The translations under genes and the position numbers were made by a program. Positions 39,081 through 52,636 of a stretch of DNA of 64,000 nucleotides are shown here, in pieces. This stretch comes from the human T2T-CHM13v2.0 reference genome, Homo sapiens: NCBI RefSeq assembly GCF_009914755.1, contig NC_060929.1; one strand, written 5' to 3'. The notes below the pieces were generated by a model. That model did not search any database. It was not told the DNA's origin and saw nothing but the letters and a program-made list of their open reading frames with translations. Position 1 is the first letter of the stretch; each line of letters begins with the position of its first letter.

Positions 39081-40067
39081 GATCAAGACGGTATTAAAAT
39101 CTCCTTCCATTTGACTAAAATTTAAATAGGTCTTCCTAACACTAGGTCCCTGACCTCTCCCCCTTTTTAGAACATTTATTTAAAAAAAAAACACACTTCT
39201 AATTATAAACTCTTACTTTGTTCCTTAGAAATTTAACTTTTTATGTGAAAGTTGCCAGAATCAAAATGGAATCACTAATGTTAAATAAAACTCTGACAAA
39301 TAGAGCCAGGGAAACCGTGAAGAGAGAGTTTTGTTTGCATGCTTGATAATGAAAATGACTATAAAAAAAGACAGCCTTGCACAAAGGCCATCGCAACCTT
39401 GCACAAAAAAATACTTCTGCAAGGACATCTGCCCAGCAACTGCCTGTCCAACCTTGCACTGGAGTCCCCCTTTTATGGATCTTTGTAGCCAAGGATAATT
39501 ATGCAGTTCTCCTCATTTTTTCTTTAAAAAACCTTTGCCTTTCTTTACCTCCCAGAATAGGATACATATAAATACATTTATATGGCACAAATATTCTCAT
39601 TGTAATGCTCTATTTCCAAATAAACATCTTTTTCTTTCACGGAGCCTCTCTGTGTTTGTAATTTAGATTGATGCTTAAAAAGCCCCTCGACAGTTTCAAA
39701 ATCTAGAAATGTCTTTCTCAAGGACCTGGGAGCCCTCCCTCTCACATGTAATCATCCAGGGAGATAAGGCCCCCCTCTATCAGTCTTTGTGGAAGAGTGG
39801 GAGCCTAACTTCAACGGGGCCCCTTACTCCAAGTTGTAAAGTTATCTTAGGTCATGAAGATGTAAGAAAGTTTACCTTTCATTTAGGTTTGGCCAACTGG
39901 CAAACACAGATGGCCTATGATCTTCTCTGACTCAAGCTGTTAAAAATCCTACTGCCTCTTGTTTCAGCAGAGTTGAGTTCAGGCTATGATCTAGTCCCCT
40001 ATTCCAATAGCCTTGGATAAAGTCTTAATTACCTGTTTAATTTTGTCCGTGTAGTTTTTGTACTAAT
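39081..40067 (+). mobile_element. ERV1 LTR (MER67-like), split by a second LTR
   Basis: TTGACTAAAATTTAAATAGG...CTAGGTCCCTGACCTC (5' part) and CTCAAGGACCTGGGAGCC...CAGCAGAGTTGAGTTCAG...GATAAAGTC (3' part). Family from recall. Confidence 0.6.
39244..39673 (+). mobile_element. ERV1 MER4-group solo LTR (LTR54-like)
   Basis: TGTGAAAGTTGCCAGAATCAAAATGG start, AAGGACATCTGCCCAGCAACTGCCTGTCCAACC, AATAAA near the 3' end. Confidence 0.65.
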
Positions 40068-41339
40068 AGGAGTAAAAAATGTTTCAAGCTTTCAGAAAAT
40101 ATTCAAAATACAGGAAAGTCAGAGAATATTAGAACCAACACTATGAAACCACCACAAATATTGAACAGATGTTGACATGTTGGTAAAGATCTTTGGAACC
40201 CTTTCCCACTCTCCTCCCCAGAAGCAGCAACCATCATGGACCTGGTGTGCAGTTGCTGATGCCACTGGGAAAGGGGAGAGAGAGATTCAACCAACAGACC
40301 ACGGCAATGGTGAGCAGCCAAGAGTAATGTCTATGTCCCCCTGGGTCAGAAGAGCAGGACTTACTGCCCTGGCAGAGAAGTGAGCTCTGGATGGTGATTC
40401 TGCCCACTGGAACCCCTGCTTTTATCTGTTATTCCCCCAAGGACTTTTTGGAAAGAAGGAGTGGGGAGCTGGCCTTTCTGGGGCAGCTCCACTTAGAAAC
40501 CAACTTCTAGGTTTGGGGACCTCAGAATTATTCTGGGGTTTAAGCAAGACCTAGCGTTAGTTTGCAGCACAGGCCAGGTGTCTTGAGAACATAGTTCCTG
40601 TGGAGGCGGAGTCGGCTTTCTGTCGATTTGCATTTGGTCAACTCAGTTAATTAGAGATCAAAGCCAGAAGTAATGTTCCTGGGCTGAAGTCAAGTGTGGG
40701 ATATTCTGCTTCTTATAAATATGTGCCCACATCCACGAATTTCAGTTTAATATGCATCTTTTTCTCTGCCTGAAGGCAATTCAAAACTATAGAGCCTGCA
40801 CTTTGCCTAGAGGTAGAATCCTAGGGAAGGGCATGTGCAATTCTGTATTTATCAGACAGGGATGGGGACCTGGGAGAACCAGGCATGGCCCAGGTCCCCT
40901 TCTCTTCTTCAGCTATATTTCCTGCCCCTAGGACTCAACTGGCACCAATTTTAGTTGAGGAGTGGGGGAGTCGGGCTTCCCCAACATTGAATACTGTGCT
41001 CACAATGACCAACTTAGATTTTTGATCCTAGGGAGAAAGCTTCTCTCTCAGTAAAGCTGTGTTTTTCTCCTTTGCTGATTTATTTTCAAGGCATTAACAT
41101 TTTTCTATCAAGTCCTGTAAAGTTCAGCCACCATAAGCACTTGATGTGAATCCCAAGACACAACAGAAAACAATTTAACAAAATCCTTCCACGTAACAGT
41201 TCGTCTGTTTCTGGAATAAGAGTGGAATGTAAATAACTTTAACAACCTCTGCTTATTTGCCTCAGCTGATCCCGTAGTTAGCACCTCTCACTTGTCTTAC
41301 TGAAATCCAGGTGCCATTTTCTGGACCAGTCAAAGATTT

Positions 41340-41940
41340 TGAGATACAAGTGACATATGCTCACTGGTTAATTCAAGTGAAGAGGAGATTCGTTGAACTG
41401 AGTAAGGATAGCTGAACAATCAGTCCTCAAAAGTAAGAGGCCTAGAGACCCTAGAGGCCCTGGGAAGTGAGACCCAATGAACAAGCCCTTCCAGGTGCAA
41501 AGTTTCGAATATTTGTATATTTGCTTCCATCTTATAATCAAGATTTAATTTCCAGAAGATGGAGATTCTGATTGGCCTAGTTTTGATAACCTGCTGCCTC
41601 CTGCAGTGAGGAGGGGGTCAGTTTAATGGACACTCTTACTGTGTATGTTCCAGGGAAATGGGGTCACCTATTCTTCAAGACTTACGTAGGAATTACCTGG
41701 GTTTAACACTGGAAGTCCTACCTCCTGGGAAAATCCTTAGTCCCATGACTTAGGGACAGTTGTTCACCCTAATAGAGCTTGATCTTCAAAAGAAAATTGA
41801 GGTGTTATTACTTGACAAAAGCAAGAGAGAAGTTGGGTTGGCAAAAACAATAACTATTCGTCACAGAAAAATTTAGGTGTTATTGCCTGACAAAGGCTAG
41901 AGAGAATGTGAGTTGGCAAAAACAGTAAGTATTCATCACA
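41340..41940 (-). mobile_element. Very old MLT1 (J/K-like) LTR remnant with a MER81 insertion and a duplicated terminus
   Basis: TCTGATTGGCCTAG; GAAAATTGAGGTGTTATTAC...GGCAAAAACAA resemble old MLT1 ends. Very diverged. Confidence 0.4.
41659..41771 (+). mobile_element. MER81-like hAT MITE
   Basis: About 113 bp; TIR-like ends TGGGGTCACC ... GTTCACCCTA; internal TTTAACACTGGAAGTCC...CCTGGGAAA...AGTCCC. Confidence 0.75.
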
Positions 41941-43570
41941 GAAAAAATTATTTTTTTGAAATGGAAAAATAGAAATAATTATTATTATTACCAGAAAATG
42001 GAAGTATGGATGGTGTGAGGGCAAAAATAATAAATATTGAAATTGGCCATCTTTTGATCCAGTTGTGGTATATAATTTTCTACATTCCACTGGTCAGACC
42101 ACTGGAGTGAGAAACATGAGAGAGAATGAGAGTTTCAATATGTGGACTTAGTTTTCAACCTTTGTCTAGGAGCCCCAGACTCCTTTTAAATGAAGGGGGA
42201 TTCATTAATTACCCAGAAACAACATATAATTTTTATAACCTCTTTCCTTGGTATTCCATTATGACTTTTTCTGATTACAAAACCAATTCCTTCCACAGCA
42301 CGAGTTTTAGAGAACAGAAGGTACAAGCACCATCTTAAGTACAATTTTTTGCTAATATGTTCAGGTTATATAAACTCTAATTGAGCATTTATGCAATATC
42401 AGGCACAGGAAAGCCTCCAGAGTTGCCAACACATCAAGACCAAGACAGTGCCTCTGAGGGGCATGTAGTTGAGAGGCTCTAGTCGTGGGACCAATTTCCT
42501 TTGGAATCAGTTAACTTTGCTAAGTTTTGCAGCCATGGTCTGTCCCTCCATCTCTTGCAAACCACCCACCAGTGAGTACCCCAGGAGTCCGGGGAGAGGA
42601 GTTTCTATGAATTGTTGAAAATCTGCTACCAATCCTGTGAATTTTATAGACGGTTCTCATCCTCCAATGGTAGGCCATTGGTACAATCTGTGAATATGAA
42701 GTGTTCCATGCAAATTTTTCATAATTAGCTGTAATTTCTGTGTCAGGATTAAAATATATAGGTGACTCATGCTTCATGGTTTATCAACATCACATTTCAT
42801 CAGAGTCTTAGTTTAATTCTGCATTCTATTTTATTCAAAAACTTATATTTGAATATGCACAGCCAAAATAGCCACATTGGAGACAGCTAAAAACACAGAA
42901 TTGCTAGTCAAACTTGGTTTTTGCCCAGTGACTGCTAAATATTGTTTTAATGAAACTGCATTTTTAAAAGCCTCCTTTAAATGTTAACGTATGCTTCTTC
43001 TACTCAGAAGATTTTAGAATGTAAGAGCTAAAGCTTTCTTAACTGTATTTTTAGACTTAAGGTAATGTATTCATTCTTACTTCAAATTTGGATTTTGTGT
43101 GTGTGCATGGATTAGCCTAATCCTGATGCTTCTTAATTGTCACAAAATAGATTTTTATATTTTATGATAATCTTTACATTCCTTAGTCCTAAAGCCAGGC
43201 ATATTTCAAATTTTTAGCACATTCCCCAATTTACACTATTCTTATTTTTCTACATCAACAAAATTAAGCAGATTCTTCAATGTTCAGCACTCAAATACAT
43301 CTCATGGATAGTCTCTTACAATGGAATGACACCAGGTTGACTTGTTGTATGACTGTCCCCACTTTTGTTTTTTGAGAATTTGGTAAAACTCTATACGGGT
43401 TTCCCTAAGAAACCAAGGCAATAGCTTCATATTTCTCTTTGCTTACACTTGCAAACAAAACAGAAAGAGCGGGTTTGATGAACATTGGGAAGGAGGATGG
43501 CATAACCTATGTTTTCTCAGCTTTTTAGTAAACACAGATTCAGCTTAAGGATGAGAACTAAAAATAATAT

Positions 43571-44472
43571 TGTAAGGTTTGCAACTAACTGAAAGAATCT
43601 CCTCTCAGCCATGGGAACCGAAGAGAAACCCTAAAAACTGAGCTCAGGCCATGACAAGATGGAAAGTCGCATACTCCTCATGATACCCCCACCCTTTGGG
43701 GTTTAGACACAACAATCGAGCAGCATTAACTTTAAAAGAGGGCTCATAAGACTGATGAAACAGACTGTTTGTGGCAATAAGATACAAAATTATAAGCACG
43801 GCTTACCACCAGGCTAGGCAAGGATTAAGTCATGCTTCCCCTACACCTAAAGAATAAACTGCGTTCTAACTGCCACATGGTTTCTTTTTCTCCAGCAGCC
43901 AAACAAACACTGGTCTTGAAATAAAGCAATATTAAAACAATTGCAGCTCAACCACCACCAGGTGCTGGCTAACTGACCCCCTGTTTCACCAGCCGTAACT
44001 ACAGCTTTGACTGGACAAGAGACCAATTTCTGTAACTTTCTCTTGATAAGACACCACTGACCAGGGACTGGTTCTGGCCAGTTTACAGAGGCTGCTCACG
44101 AGAGTGCCAGTGTGTTCTGAAAAGACCTTTAGGCTTATAGGGCCTAGCTGTGATACATTTAAATGTTGTCTCCACTGCAAGGTGAACATGAAATGCATGT
44201 AGCGTGTATGTTTTCTTATTACACATATGCACAACCTCCCCTTTATGATTATTCATAGCTTTTCCTATGATGTGTTGAATATGTGTACTTAGCTAACCTC
44301 TTCAGCATACGTTTCTGTCATACCTTTCCTCCTTCTAAGTGCCTAACTTGCGGGCTGTGCTGGAGGATACATTTCCCAGACTGTTAGAATGGTCACCTTG
44401 AAGGCAGTAACCCTTTTTAAGAAATAAAGCTCTCTTTCCAAATTTATAGATCTCATGATTTTTCAGCTGCCA
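43571..44472 (+). mobile_element. ERV1 MER4-group solo LTR (MER49-like, about 900 bp)
   Basis: CAGCATTAAC...AAGACTGATGAAACAGACT...GCAATAAGATAC; AAGAATAAACT...CTAACTGCCAC; GAAATAAAGCTCTC polyA signal; TG...CA ends. Confidence 0.7.
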
Positions 44473-44585
44473 AGGAGAATGTGCACACCCAGCTGTTAAC
44501 CATCACATTTCCTGTGAGTCGCGTAGCTGTTCAGCATATTAGCATGAAGAAGATAGAATAAAAATGTGGAGGACACAATGCCTTA

Positions 44586-45040
44586 TGTCATGGGTTGAAT
44601 TATTCCCTCCCCCCAAATAATTTGATGTACCAAATCCCAGTACCCATGAATGTGACTTCATTTGAAAATAGGGTGTTTGTAGACATAATCAAGTTAAGAT
44701 GAGGTGATGAACATAGGCCCTAATCCAATATGACTAGTGTCCTTATGAAAACAGGGAAATTTGGACACAGACACACAGGGAGATATCATCTGGTGACAGA
44801 AGCAGAAATTGAAGTCATCGAACTTCAAGCCATGGAACACCAAGGATTACCAGCAGCCATCAGAATCTAAAAAAAAATTCAAGAAAGGTTCTCCTCTGCA
44901 GCTTTCAGAAGGAGCAGGGCCCTGCCAACACTTTAATTTTTGATTTCTAGCCTCCAGCACTATGAAACAATAAACTTCTGCAGTTTGAAAGCACCTAGCT
45001 TGTGGTACTTTGTTCTAACAGTCCCAGAAATATGAATGCA
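44586..45040 (+). mobile_element. MLT1C-like MaLR solo LTR
   Basis: TGTCATGGGTTGAATT start, CCCTAATCCAATATGACT, GGCCCTGCCAACAC. TSD CCTTA/CCTTG. Confidence 0.9.
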
Positions 45041-45999
45041 CCTTGTCTTCAAGAACTGCTACTACACGGAGATTTGTCGATCACCAGCTCCATGCCAGAC
45101 ACCAGGTTATTTCTGTGCATGCACAGGCAAATAAAATGCAGACGCTTTCCTGAAGAAGTGTGCACACTGTACACCACTGAGATGTTTGGCAGAGCTGGAC
45201 TTGGTAGCAGATGGAGATCCTAAAGACAGCCTCTTTCCCTGCAGTTGTAGCACATTTTAAAATAACATTTGAATTGTAAACCTCTTCCCAGGGTTCCAAG
45301 ATATTTTCAGAAGATGTAAATTTAGAGTGAGCAAACCTAACAAGAGACAGTTACCCACACTGCAGCTTTCAGGTCTTCTATTTATTAAGGAACTATTTCT
45401 GTAGGCTAAAGGATTAAGAGCGGGAACAGTCAATCATTTCTTCTATATTTGCTACTTTGAAATCTCCTATATATCTCTGAAAACAAGAAATCTGTGTAGT
45501 CATCAGTCTGTATTTTTGTTGGCAATTATTTATAAGCTTTACACAACAGCTTCATGAAATTACAATGTTTTCTTTCACATGTGTGATGTGTTTGATCTTA
45601 GCAAAGGACTAGTGGCAACTGGAACATCCAGGATGTTTGCCTTTAAGATTATATTAAGGGCAAAATCACCTCCTATCTTCTAAGGCTTCTATTTAATTTC
45701 AACCATTACCATGTTTAATTGGAAAGAGAATTTGAAGATAAATCACATCATGTAAGGCTTTAGAGAGTCTAGCTATCTTGGCTTTAAATTATTGCATAGA
45801 TTTTTTTTAACCTCCCAACAGTGTTGACAGGTAGATCACAATGAATCAGGCTTCCTACTGTATGTTCTCATTATTTAATATTAACACCTGCCCCAGGGGC
45901 TTGTAAAGTAATCATAAAGTTTTCCTAATGGATACTACACATAAGAGACTTTAGCACGCATTTCTCTCTTCATTTTATCCAAGTGCATTACATCTTTCC

Positions 46000-46371
46000 T
46001 GATATAGTTTGGGTCTATATCCCCACCAAATCTCTTATTGAATTGAAATCCCCACATGTTGAAGGAAGGGCCCAGTGGGAGGCATTTGAATCATGGGAGC
46101 AGACTTCCCCCTTGCTGTTTTTGTGATGAAGTTCTCCTGAGATCTAGTTGATTAAAAGTGTGTAGCGCTTCCCCCTTCACCCTCTTTTCTGCTCTGCCAT
46201 GGTAAGATGTGCTTCCTTCCCCTTTGTCTTCTGCCATGATTGTTAAGTTTCCCAAAGCCTTCCAGCCATGCTTTCTCTACAGCCTGCAGAACTGTGAGTC
46301 AATTAAATGTCTTTTCTTTATTACCCAGTCGCAGGTAGTTCTTCATAGCAGTGTGAAAACGGACTAATACA
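46000..46371 (+). mobile_element. MSTA-like MaLR solo LTR
   Basis: TGATATAGTTTGG start, CAGCCTGCAGAACTGTGAGTCAATTAAA, GGACTAATACA end. Confidence 0.9.
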
Positions 46372-48604
46372 CTTTACTTCTTCCCTCCTTTATTCCTTAC
46401 GCCAAATCTGGAAAACTTCAAATAAAAACTTAGATATTATTTTCTTCCACTCCTTCCATAGAAAAGAGAATTATCAGGACCAAAAAAAAAATTAAAGTGA
46501 CTTTCTTATAGTATAATGAAATTTAAGAGTGTGATATTTAGTCTCTTATGGACCAATAATAGAAGAAAATTCATCTTGAGAACTCTCTGTAAGAAAAATG
46601 TGGATCAAGGAATATTTTCATATCTACAATTAAAGGTACACTTTTTAAAAAAAACAGTGTTTAATATTGACCAGATAATATCAAATTGGTGGTATCATTA
46701 GTCTCCTAAACAACAAGTCAACTTTTACAGGAAATCCTAGCAATTTTATGGACAGCTATTTAATACAGAGTCCCTGCACTGGAGTTGGGAAAGCTGTCAA
46801 GCCACCACACTTACCAAATGGGGTGATACTACTGCCCTCATAATTCCATTGCAAAGCACAGTCTGACACAAGCACATGAATTTGTGTGGTTAAGTTTTGG
46901 CTGGTTTACTGTGATACTGGATGACTGTGACCCACTGTGGTAATGATGTTGGATGGGTCATTTAAATTCTCACTTTTTTGATTCCTGATAAGGGAATTAC
47001 AGCAATTTGTCACAATTTGCCAACAGAGAAGATGCAGATAGTGGTCTGACTCCCTGCCAAGTCTGACTTCTAGGGAGCAGGCTGCTTCCCTGAGTTGGTT
47101 ACTGTCAATAATGAGTTGGTGTCCTCTGCAGGTTGCTCCAGAATTTTGGTCTGATTTCTGTTTTTATGTATGGTCTGACTGTTGTCTGTATGTTCAGACT
47201 CTCAGGGTGAAGACTATAGAGACTTCACAAGGCACAGAAATGGGATCTGACATGAGTTACAACCACAGGTTCATCACTGTCCCTGGTGTGAACCATGGTT
47301 GCTCCAAGCAAAGCCATGGAACTTTCCAAACTAAGAATTTAAGATCTCAGAACTTCTCTTGACAGGTTGGAAAACACTGTTCTATACAAGTATTTCTCAC
47401 AAAAGATATCACTGTTAATCTTGGTTCTTTATATGTAAAAGGAAAAATAAAAATGTTGCATTTATTGAGAGATTAAAAAGACAGACAAAAGTTTTCCTTT
47501 CCCTTTGAAACTGATGAATTTTGCTGTAATCTTCAAAGTCAAAGCAACAGTAAAATCTACATTTGTCAATGAAGATCAGACTTACTTCATTTCTAGCATA
47601 AGAAGTAAAGTTGATTTATAGTTCAAATGCACATAACCCTCACCTCCTGAATGTCTTAATCTCATTACACATATAATTAAGTGATTTTTCCCCTGACTGC
47701 AGAAATAACAGGACATTGATCAGTTGTCTAGCTGTCATACCAGTGTGATTTGTCATTATAAATACAGTGAGGCTCACAAGTGTGGCGCTTTGACAAGATG
47801 TTTGACTCTGAGTCCTTGTTCGCGCTCATTACTGGCTTGCTTTTGCCCAAGTTTCAGTGATTTGGATCCTAAGAGAATACACCATGGGCAGTGGCTGAAG
47901 CTTTTCTAGGCTGTGCATGAAATCAGACAGTGCCCCAGAGTTGACCTCCCTGAGCTGATAACCCGCCTTTAGGAATGTGATCAAAGAGAACATCTCTGAG
48001 ACATATGTTCCAGATTCCTATTAAACACGGGATATAAGTTTGTGCATAATGCTTACAATCCTGACTCACCTCCTTGGTAATTTGAAAACTATGCCACTGT
48101 CTTTTCTGTGACAGTGTTTATAACTGTAATATCCATAGGTTGATATGGACACTTCATGTTTTCTGATCCAAACGAATAATCACGGTGCTTTGTGAGGTGG
48201 CTAAATGCGGTTTATTGGTATTTTCCTTTGGGCAACTGCCCAAAGTCACCTTTTGCTCTGAGATATAACTTTGGAAATTCATTTATCTGTTATTTGTACA
48301 CTCAACTGGCAGTCTCTTGACAAGGACTTTCTCTTGACCAGGGTATTGATCTATGGAATAACTTTAACAATAAAACTGGCCTGAGAAAGGATGTGGAGAG
48401 ACATGAAACAACAGGATGAGCAACATCATGGAGGAGAAACACGTTTCTTATATGTAGGGGCAGAACCAGTGTATAGACCTAGGGGACCAGGATAAACAAA
48501 TGAAGTGGTGGCAGAGCTATTCAGCATGAGGAAATATGCTGATAAATATGCTTTATGAACAATAAACCTTCAAAGCAAATTTGCCAACCTCTGTATTCCA
48601 TTTC

Positions 48605-48950
48605 TTTGATTCATTCAGAAAATATCTCAAGTAGCAACCGTGTGTCAGGCCCAGGTAGGGACACACAGAATGTGCAAGGCTTCAAAGTGAGAGAGGAGAA
48701 ACTTGGGTCCAAATACCTTCTCTAAAGGCAAAGTAATAAATTCTGGAGAATGGGTGCAATGCTTGTTTTAGAATTCTCAAGGACAATAATTCAAGAGAAT
48801 GCCCAGGAGAGATACTTGAGACAGGTCTTGAAGATAAAACAGATTTTAGCAGACAGAAGGAAGGGAACAGTCGGTATTCCAAAGAAAAGGAATGGAATGA
48901 GCAAATGCAAAGGCAGGTGCAAATGTGTTGAGTTTGTTAAACTTCAGGTA
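48605..48950 (-). mobile_element. L2 3' fragment
   Basis: ATTCATTCAGAAAATAT...GTGTCAGGC; CTTGAGACAGGTCTTGAAGATAA...GTATTCCAAAGAAAAGGAA...GAGCAAA. Confidence 0.65.
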
Positions 48951-49119
48951 GTATGTAGGATGTGCATGAAGGTAATTCCCATGCATCAAATATTTTAAGT
49001 GGCTTCAATATTAGAACATTTCACACATGGTATTACAGGTTCTGGTGAGCTTTCAGACCTACACTACAGCAGTGCTACTTTTTTTTCTCTCAACCCTCAC
49101 AACTTGACTCTGATTTTTT

Positions 49120-49700
49120 TATGTTTCTTTTGTTGAGATAAAAATTTAACACATTGAAATGCACACATCTTTAAATCGAGTGGTTGTTAATCTTATTGAG
49201 TAGTTGAAATTCTTTCAATATTCTGGATACAAGTTCTTCATCTGATATGTGCTTTGCAAATATTTTTTGTCTAAACTCTGGCTTGCTTTTTTGTGTTAAA
49301 ATAATTTTTCAAAGATCAGAAGTGCTAAATTTTGATGAACTTCAATTTATCTGAAATATATATGTATATTTGGTGCTTTTTATAGCCTTTATAAGAAAAC
49401 TTTGCCTACTTCCATGTTGCAAAGACATTCTTCTATGCGTTCTTTAAAAAGGTGTCAGTTTTTAGTTCTTACACTTAGCTATCTGATCCATCTTGAACTG
49501 ATTTATATACGTATGGTGTGAGTTAGAAGTTGAGGCAAATATTACCCATATAGGTAGCCATGTTTCTTGCACTATTTGTTAAAAAATCTTTTCTTCGTTA
49601 CATATCTTGGAAATCTCTGTTAAAAGCTAATTGTCAAAGTAAATGTGGGTCTATTTTTGGACATTTTATTCTGTTTCTTTGACTTTTCTATACTTTTCTT
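49120..49700 (-). mobile_element. Old L1 fragment(s), antisense
   Basis: ATTCTGGATACAAGTTC, TTTGCAAATATTTT, AATTTTGATGAA, TATCTGATCCATCTTGA, TGTGGGTCTATTTTTGGAC. Confidence 0.78.
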
Positions 49701-50865
49701 GAATATCACTTTAAATGTTTTATTCATCAGAGTTACTCAAGACTATATTCCCTTCAACAATTAATGCCTTAAAATGTATTTTGGGTCACTCTATTTATTT
49801 CTGATTGCCCCTCAGGTTCTCGACTTCTCAGAATGGACGTAGATGAGAGACAGATCCAAATCATCCCAAGGTGAAACTGAAGCTTAACCTCTGTATATGA
49901 TGAAATTTACTATTTTTTATCTATTATTTTGAATGGTATGTGGTCATGATGTTCTTTTCATTTCCTTTCTCTAAGATTAAGGAATTCTTTGAACACATAT
50001 TTCTTAGAGATTTCTCATAAAATTAATTGAGTTAAGGACATACACCTCAAGAAAAAGTGCCTGGTGGCCCCAGTTCGTATGTGGGAGTCAGAGACAAAAT
50101 TGTCCTTGGGATGAACGAGAGAAGGAGAGCATCCTTACAGACAATAGAAGGCGCCTATCTGAGATTCGGGCTGATCTGTGGTGAAAAGAACTCCAGATGT
50201 TAGGAATGATTTTTGGTCTCAAAAACCTGAAATGATTTTGCCTTATTATAATATTTCAAATATGTGAAATCCTGTAGTCTCCTGATATCCTAAAATTCAT
50301 GTGACACTCCAAAGTGACTCTAAAAATTTATCACCTCCATGGTCCATCTGGACTTCACGGCTGGCCAAAGATGCAATGCGATCCCTGCCCTTCTACTGGC
50401 TGAAGCAGGTGCCCTGAAACTGCAGGCTCTGCCCAGCACGTCCAAGTCATCCTGCCACTGCTGAGTCCTTGTAACAGCTTTTGACTGAGAGGTTTGGCTG
50501 GGGCTTATATTCAGAAGTGAAGTTACTTATTTGTTCTGCTTATTTTTTTACAAAAATTACACATAATTATAAGGGAATGGAAAGTATCAAATTTATCAGA
50601 GATCTCAGAATAATGACATAGCATTTGGAAACAATGTGTCAATACGCCTCTTGGGGTGTTGGGGTGAGACTCAAAAGAGAATGTTCAGTGTGGCCTCTGT
50701 ATTGCCTTAGGCAGGTGTGTCCCATCAGTTGTCACCTACTTGGAATTTGAAGAAAAGTGACTTTCTGTGTATTAAAGATGTTGAGACAACACATCTCAAC
50801 ACTCCATGAGGTGAGAGGGTGACAACATAAGATGTGGATGCCTAGCAAAAGGGTTTGGGAAGAAT

Positions 50866-51645
50866 GTGATCAATACAGATATCAACACCAACCTCTGTGA
50901 TGGTTAATTTTCCATGTCAATTTGGAGGGTGCTTTTAGATGAGAGTGACATTTAAATTGGTAAACTTTGGGTAAAGCAAATTGCCTTTCATAATGTGGGT
51001 GGGCCTCATTCAATCAGCTGATATCCTGAATATAACAGAGACTGGCCTTCCTGGATTTTATCTGCACCATTGGCTCTGCTGGGTCTTCAGCCTGCAGACC
51101 CACACTGCAGGTTTTGGACTTCCCAGCCTCCATAATCACATAAGCCAATACCTTATAATAAATCTTTTTATCTTTCCCTCTATCTCTATCTCTCTGTCTA
51201 TACATGTATCTATTGTCTCTCTTTATTTCTGTCCTGTTGGTTTTACTTCTTGGAGAATGCTGACTAATACAACCTCCTAGATCTTCCTTTAAGCAAGCAC
51301 TTGCTGCTCAGCTACAAGGAGTGTGGATGGCAGAGTGTGGGAGCCAGTTCCTTCAGGCTATGCCTCAGCTGTGGAGATAAGCCTCGCCTCATGTCTACTT
51401 TTCTGGGGCAACCCCGGTGATTGAAGAAGGCAGTTACATGGAGGTCCACCATTTAGGCCTGAAAGTACTACTTGTTCCAGAGTTCCTGGCTGGGTTGGCT
51501 GAGACTTTGTCAATCTTCTACAGATCAACTTCTCCCCCTGCCCCATCCTGCTACTGCCCCATTCTTTCACAAGTCGGACTCCTAATTCCCATTTGTACCC
51601 CAGACTCCAACTCAGCATCTGATTGTGAGAAACCAAATTGCAATA
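50866..51645 (+). mobile_element. LTR16-family (ERVL) LTR, split by MLT2
   Basis: AGATCTTCCTTTAAG...CAGCTACAAGGAGTG; GGGTTGGCTGAGACTTTG; ACTTCTCCCCCTGCCCCATCCTGCT; CTCAGCATCTG. 5' boundary approximate. Confidence 0.7.
50896..51271 (+). mobile_element. MLT2 (ERVL) solo LTR
   Basis: TGTGATGGTTAATTTT start, TGACTAATACA end. Perfect TSD ACCTC (50891-50895, 51272-51276). Confidence 0.9.
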
Positions 51646-52527
51646 AGAACATAAATTTGCTGGGTAAGGTTTTAAAATGAAACTTTTGATGAAAACCTTT
51701 TACTCCATCTATCCTAGAACAACTTTGCTATTAGTTACCTCTCAGTAATGCTTTGGTCAAATGACCCATTCTTTTGGAGAGTTGTTCTCTCTCTTTGAAA
51801 CAGACAGGTGAACAGTATGTTCAGACATCAGAGCTGGTGGATGAGGGACCGGGTAGCAACTGCGTTACCAGCTTTGACTCATTGTTCAGCACCGTGCCAG
51901 ACAGTCTCCCTCTGTGGCTCTTCCGTGAATTATTTTAGAGATGTGCACTACACTTAGAGTCTGCAATTCTTTCCTAACTTTATATTAAAATGTATGTTTG
52001 CTAAGATTGTAGAAAGTTTCTGAAGACAAATAACAAACAAGACTCCTGTTTTTCTGTCAATGATTCACGCTAGTATGCCAAAATGTCTCTTGGATGGTGG
52101 CTGCCGGATGGCGACCTTCTCTATAATGCCTTCGTGTCAGCGTAGAGGTATTCCATAGAGAAGAGAGAGTAAAGGCCATGAGTAATGTCAGCTTCATCTT
52201 TCTTATGAGGATTGACTCAAAGTTCCATTCTCCCTGTGAGACAAGTATTCTCTATGTTCTGATAACTCTGTCATTATCTGTCCATCAGACCCACAGCAAT
52301 TCCAGTACTTGAGTTCAATAGATACTTGATGAGCCCCTCTCTGTGGGAAATGTCTCTTTCTCCACAGGGGTGCAGTTCAGTGATAAGATAAGCCTTGGTT
52401 GAAAATGGAATCAGAAATTTAACAAAGGGCTCTCATTAGGGCACAATGAGGATCAGAAGTACATGCTGTGAAGACCTGAAAGAAGGAAATTTCAGGCCAA
52501 CAGGAGAATTAGATCTAAACAAGAGGA

Positions 52528-52636
52528 TTTTTTTTTTCTTTTTTCATACTTTAAGTTTTAGGGTACATGTGCACAATGTGCAGGTTTGTTACATATGTAT
52601 ACATGTGCCATGTTGGTGTGCTGCACCCATTAACTC
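52528..52636 (-). mobile_element. Short young L1PA 3' end
   Basis: T-run then ATACTTTAAGTTTTAGGGTACATGTGCACAATGTGCAGG...CACCCATTAACTC. Confidence 0.93.

Noticed and set aside
42078-42110. Quasi-palindrome CATTCCACTGGTC-A-GACCACTGGAGTG
   Set aside because: Two mismatches in 13 bp and a 1-nt loop; not clearly above chance.
49816-49870. Possible plus-strand exon after CCCCTCAG
   Set aside because: The donor (AAG|GTGAAA) is weak and there is no other support.
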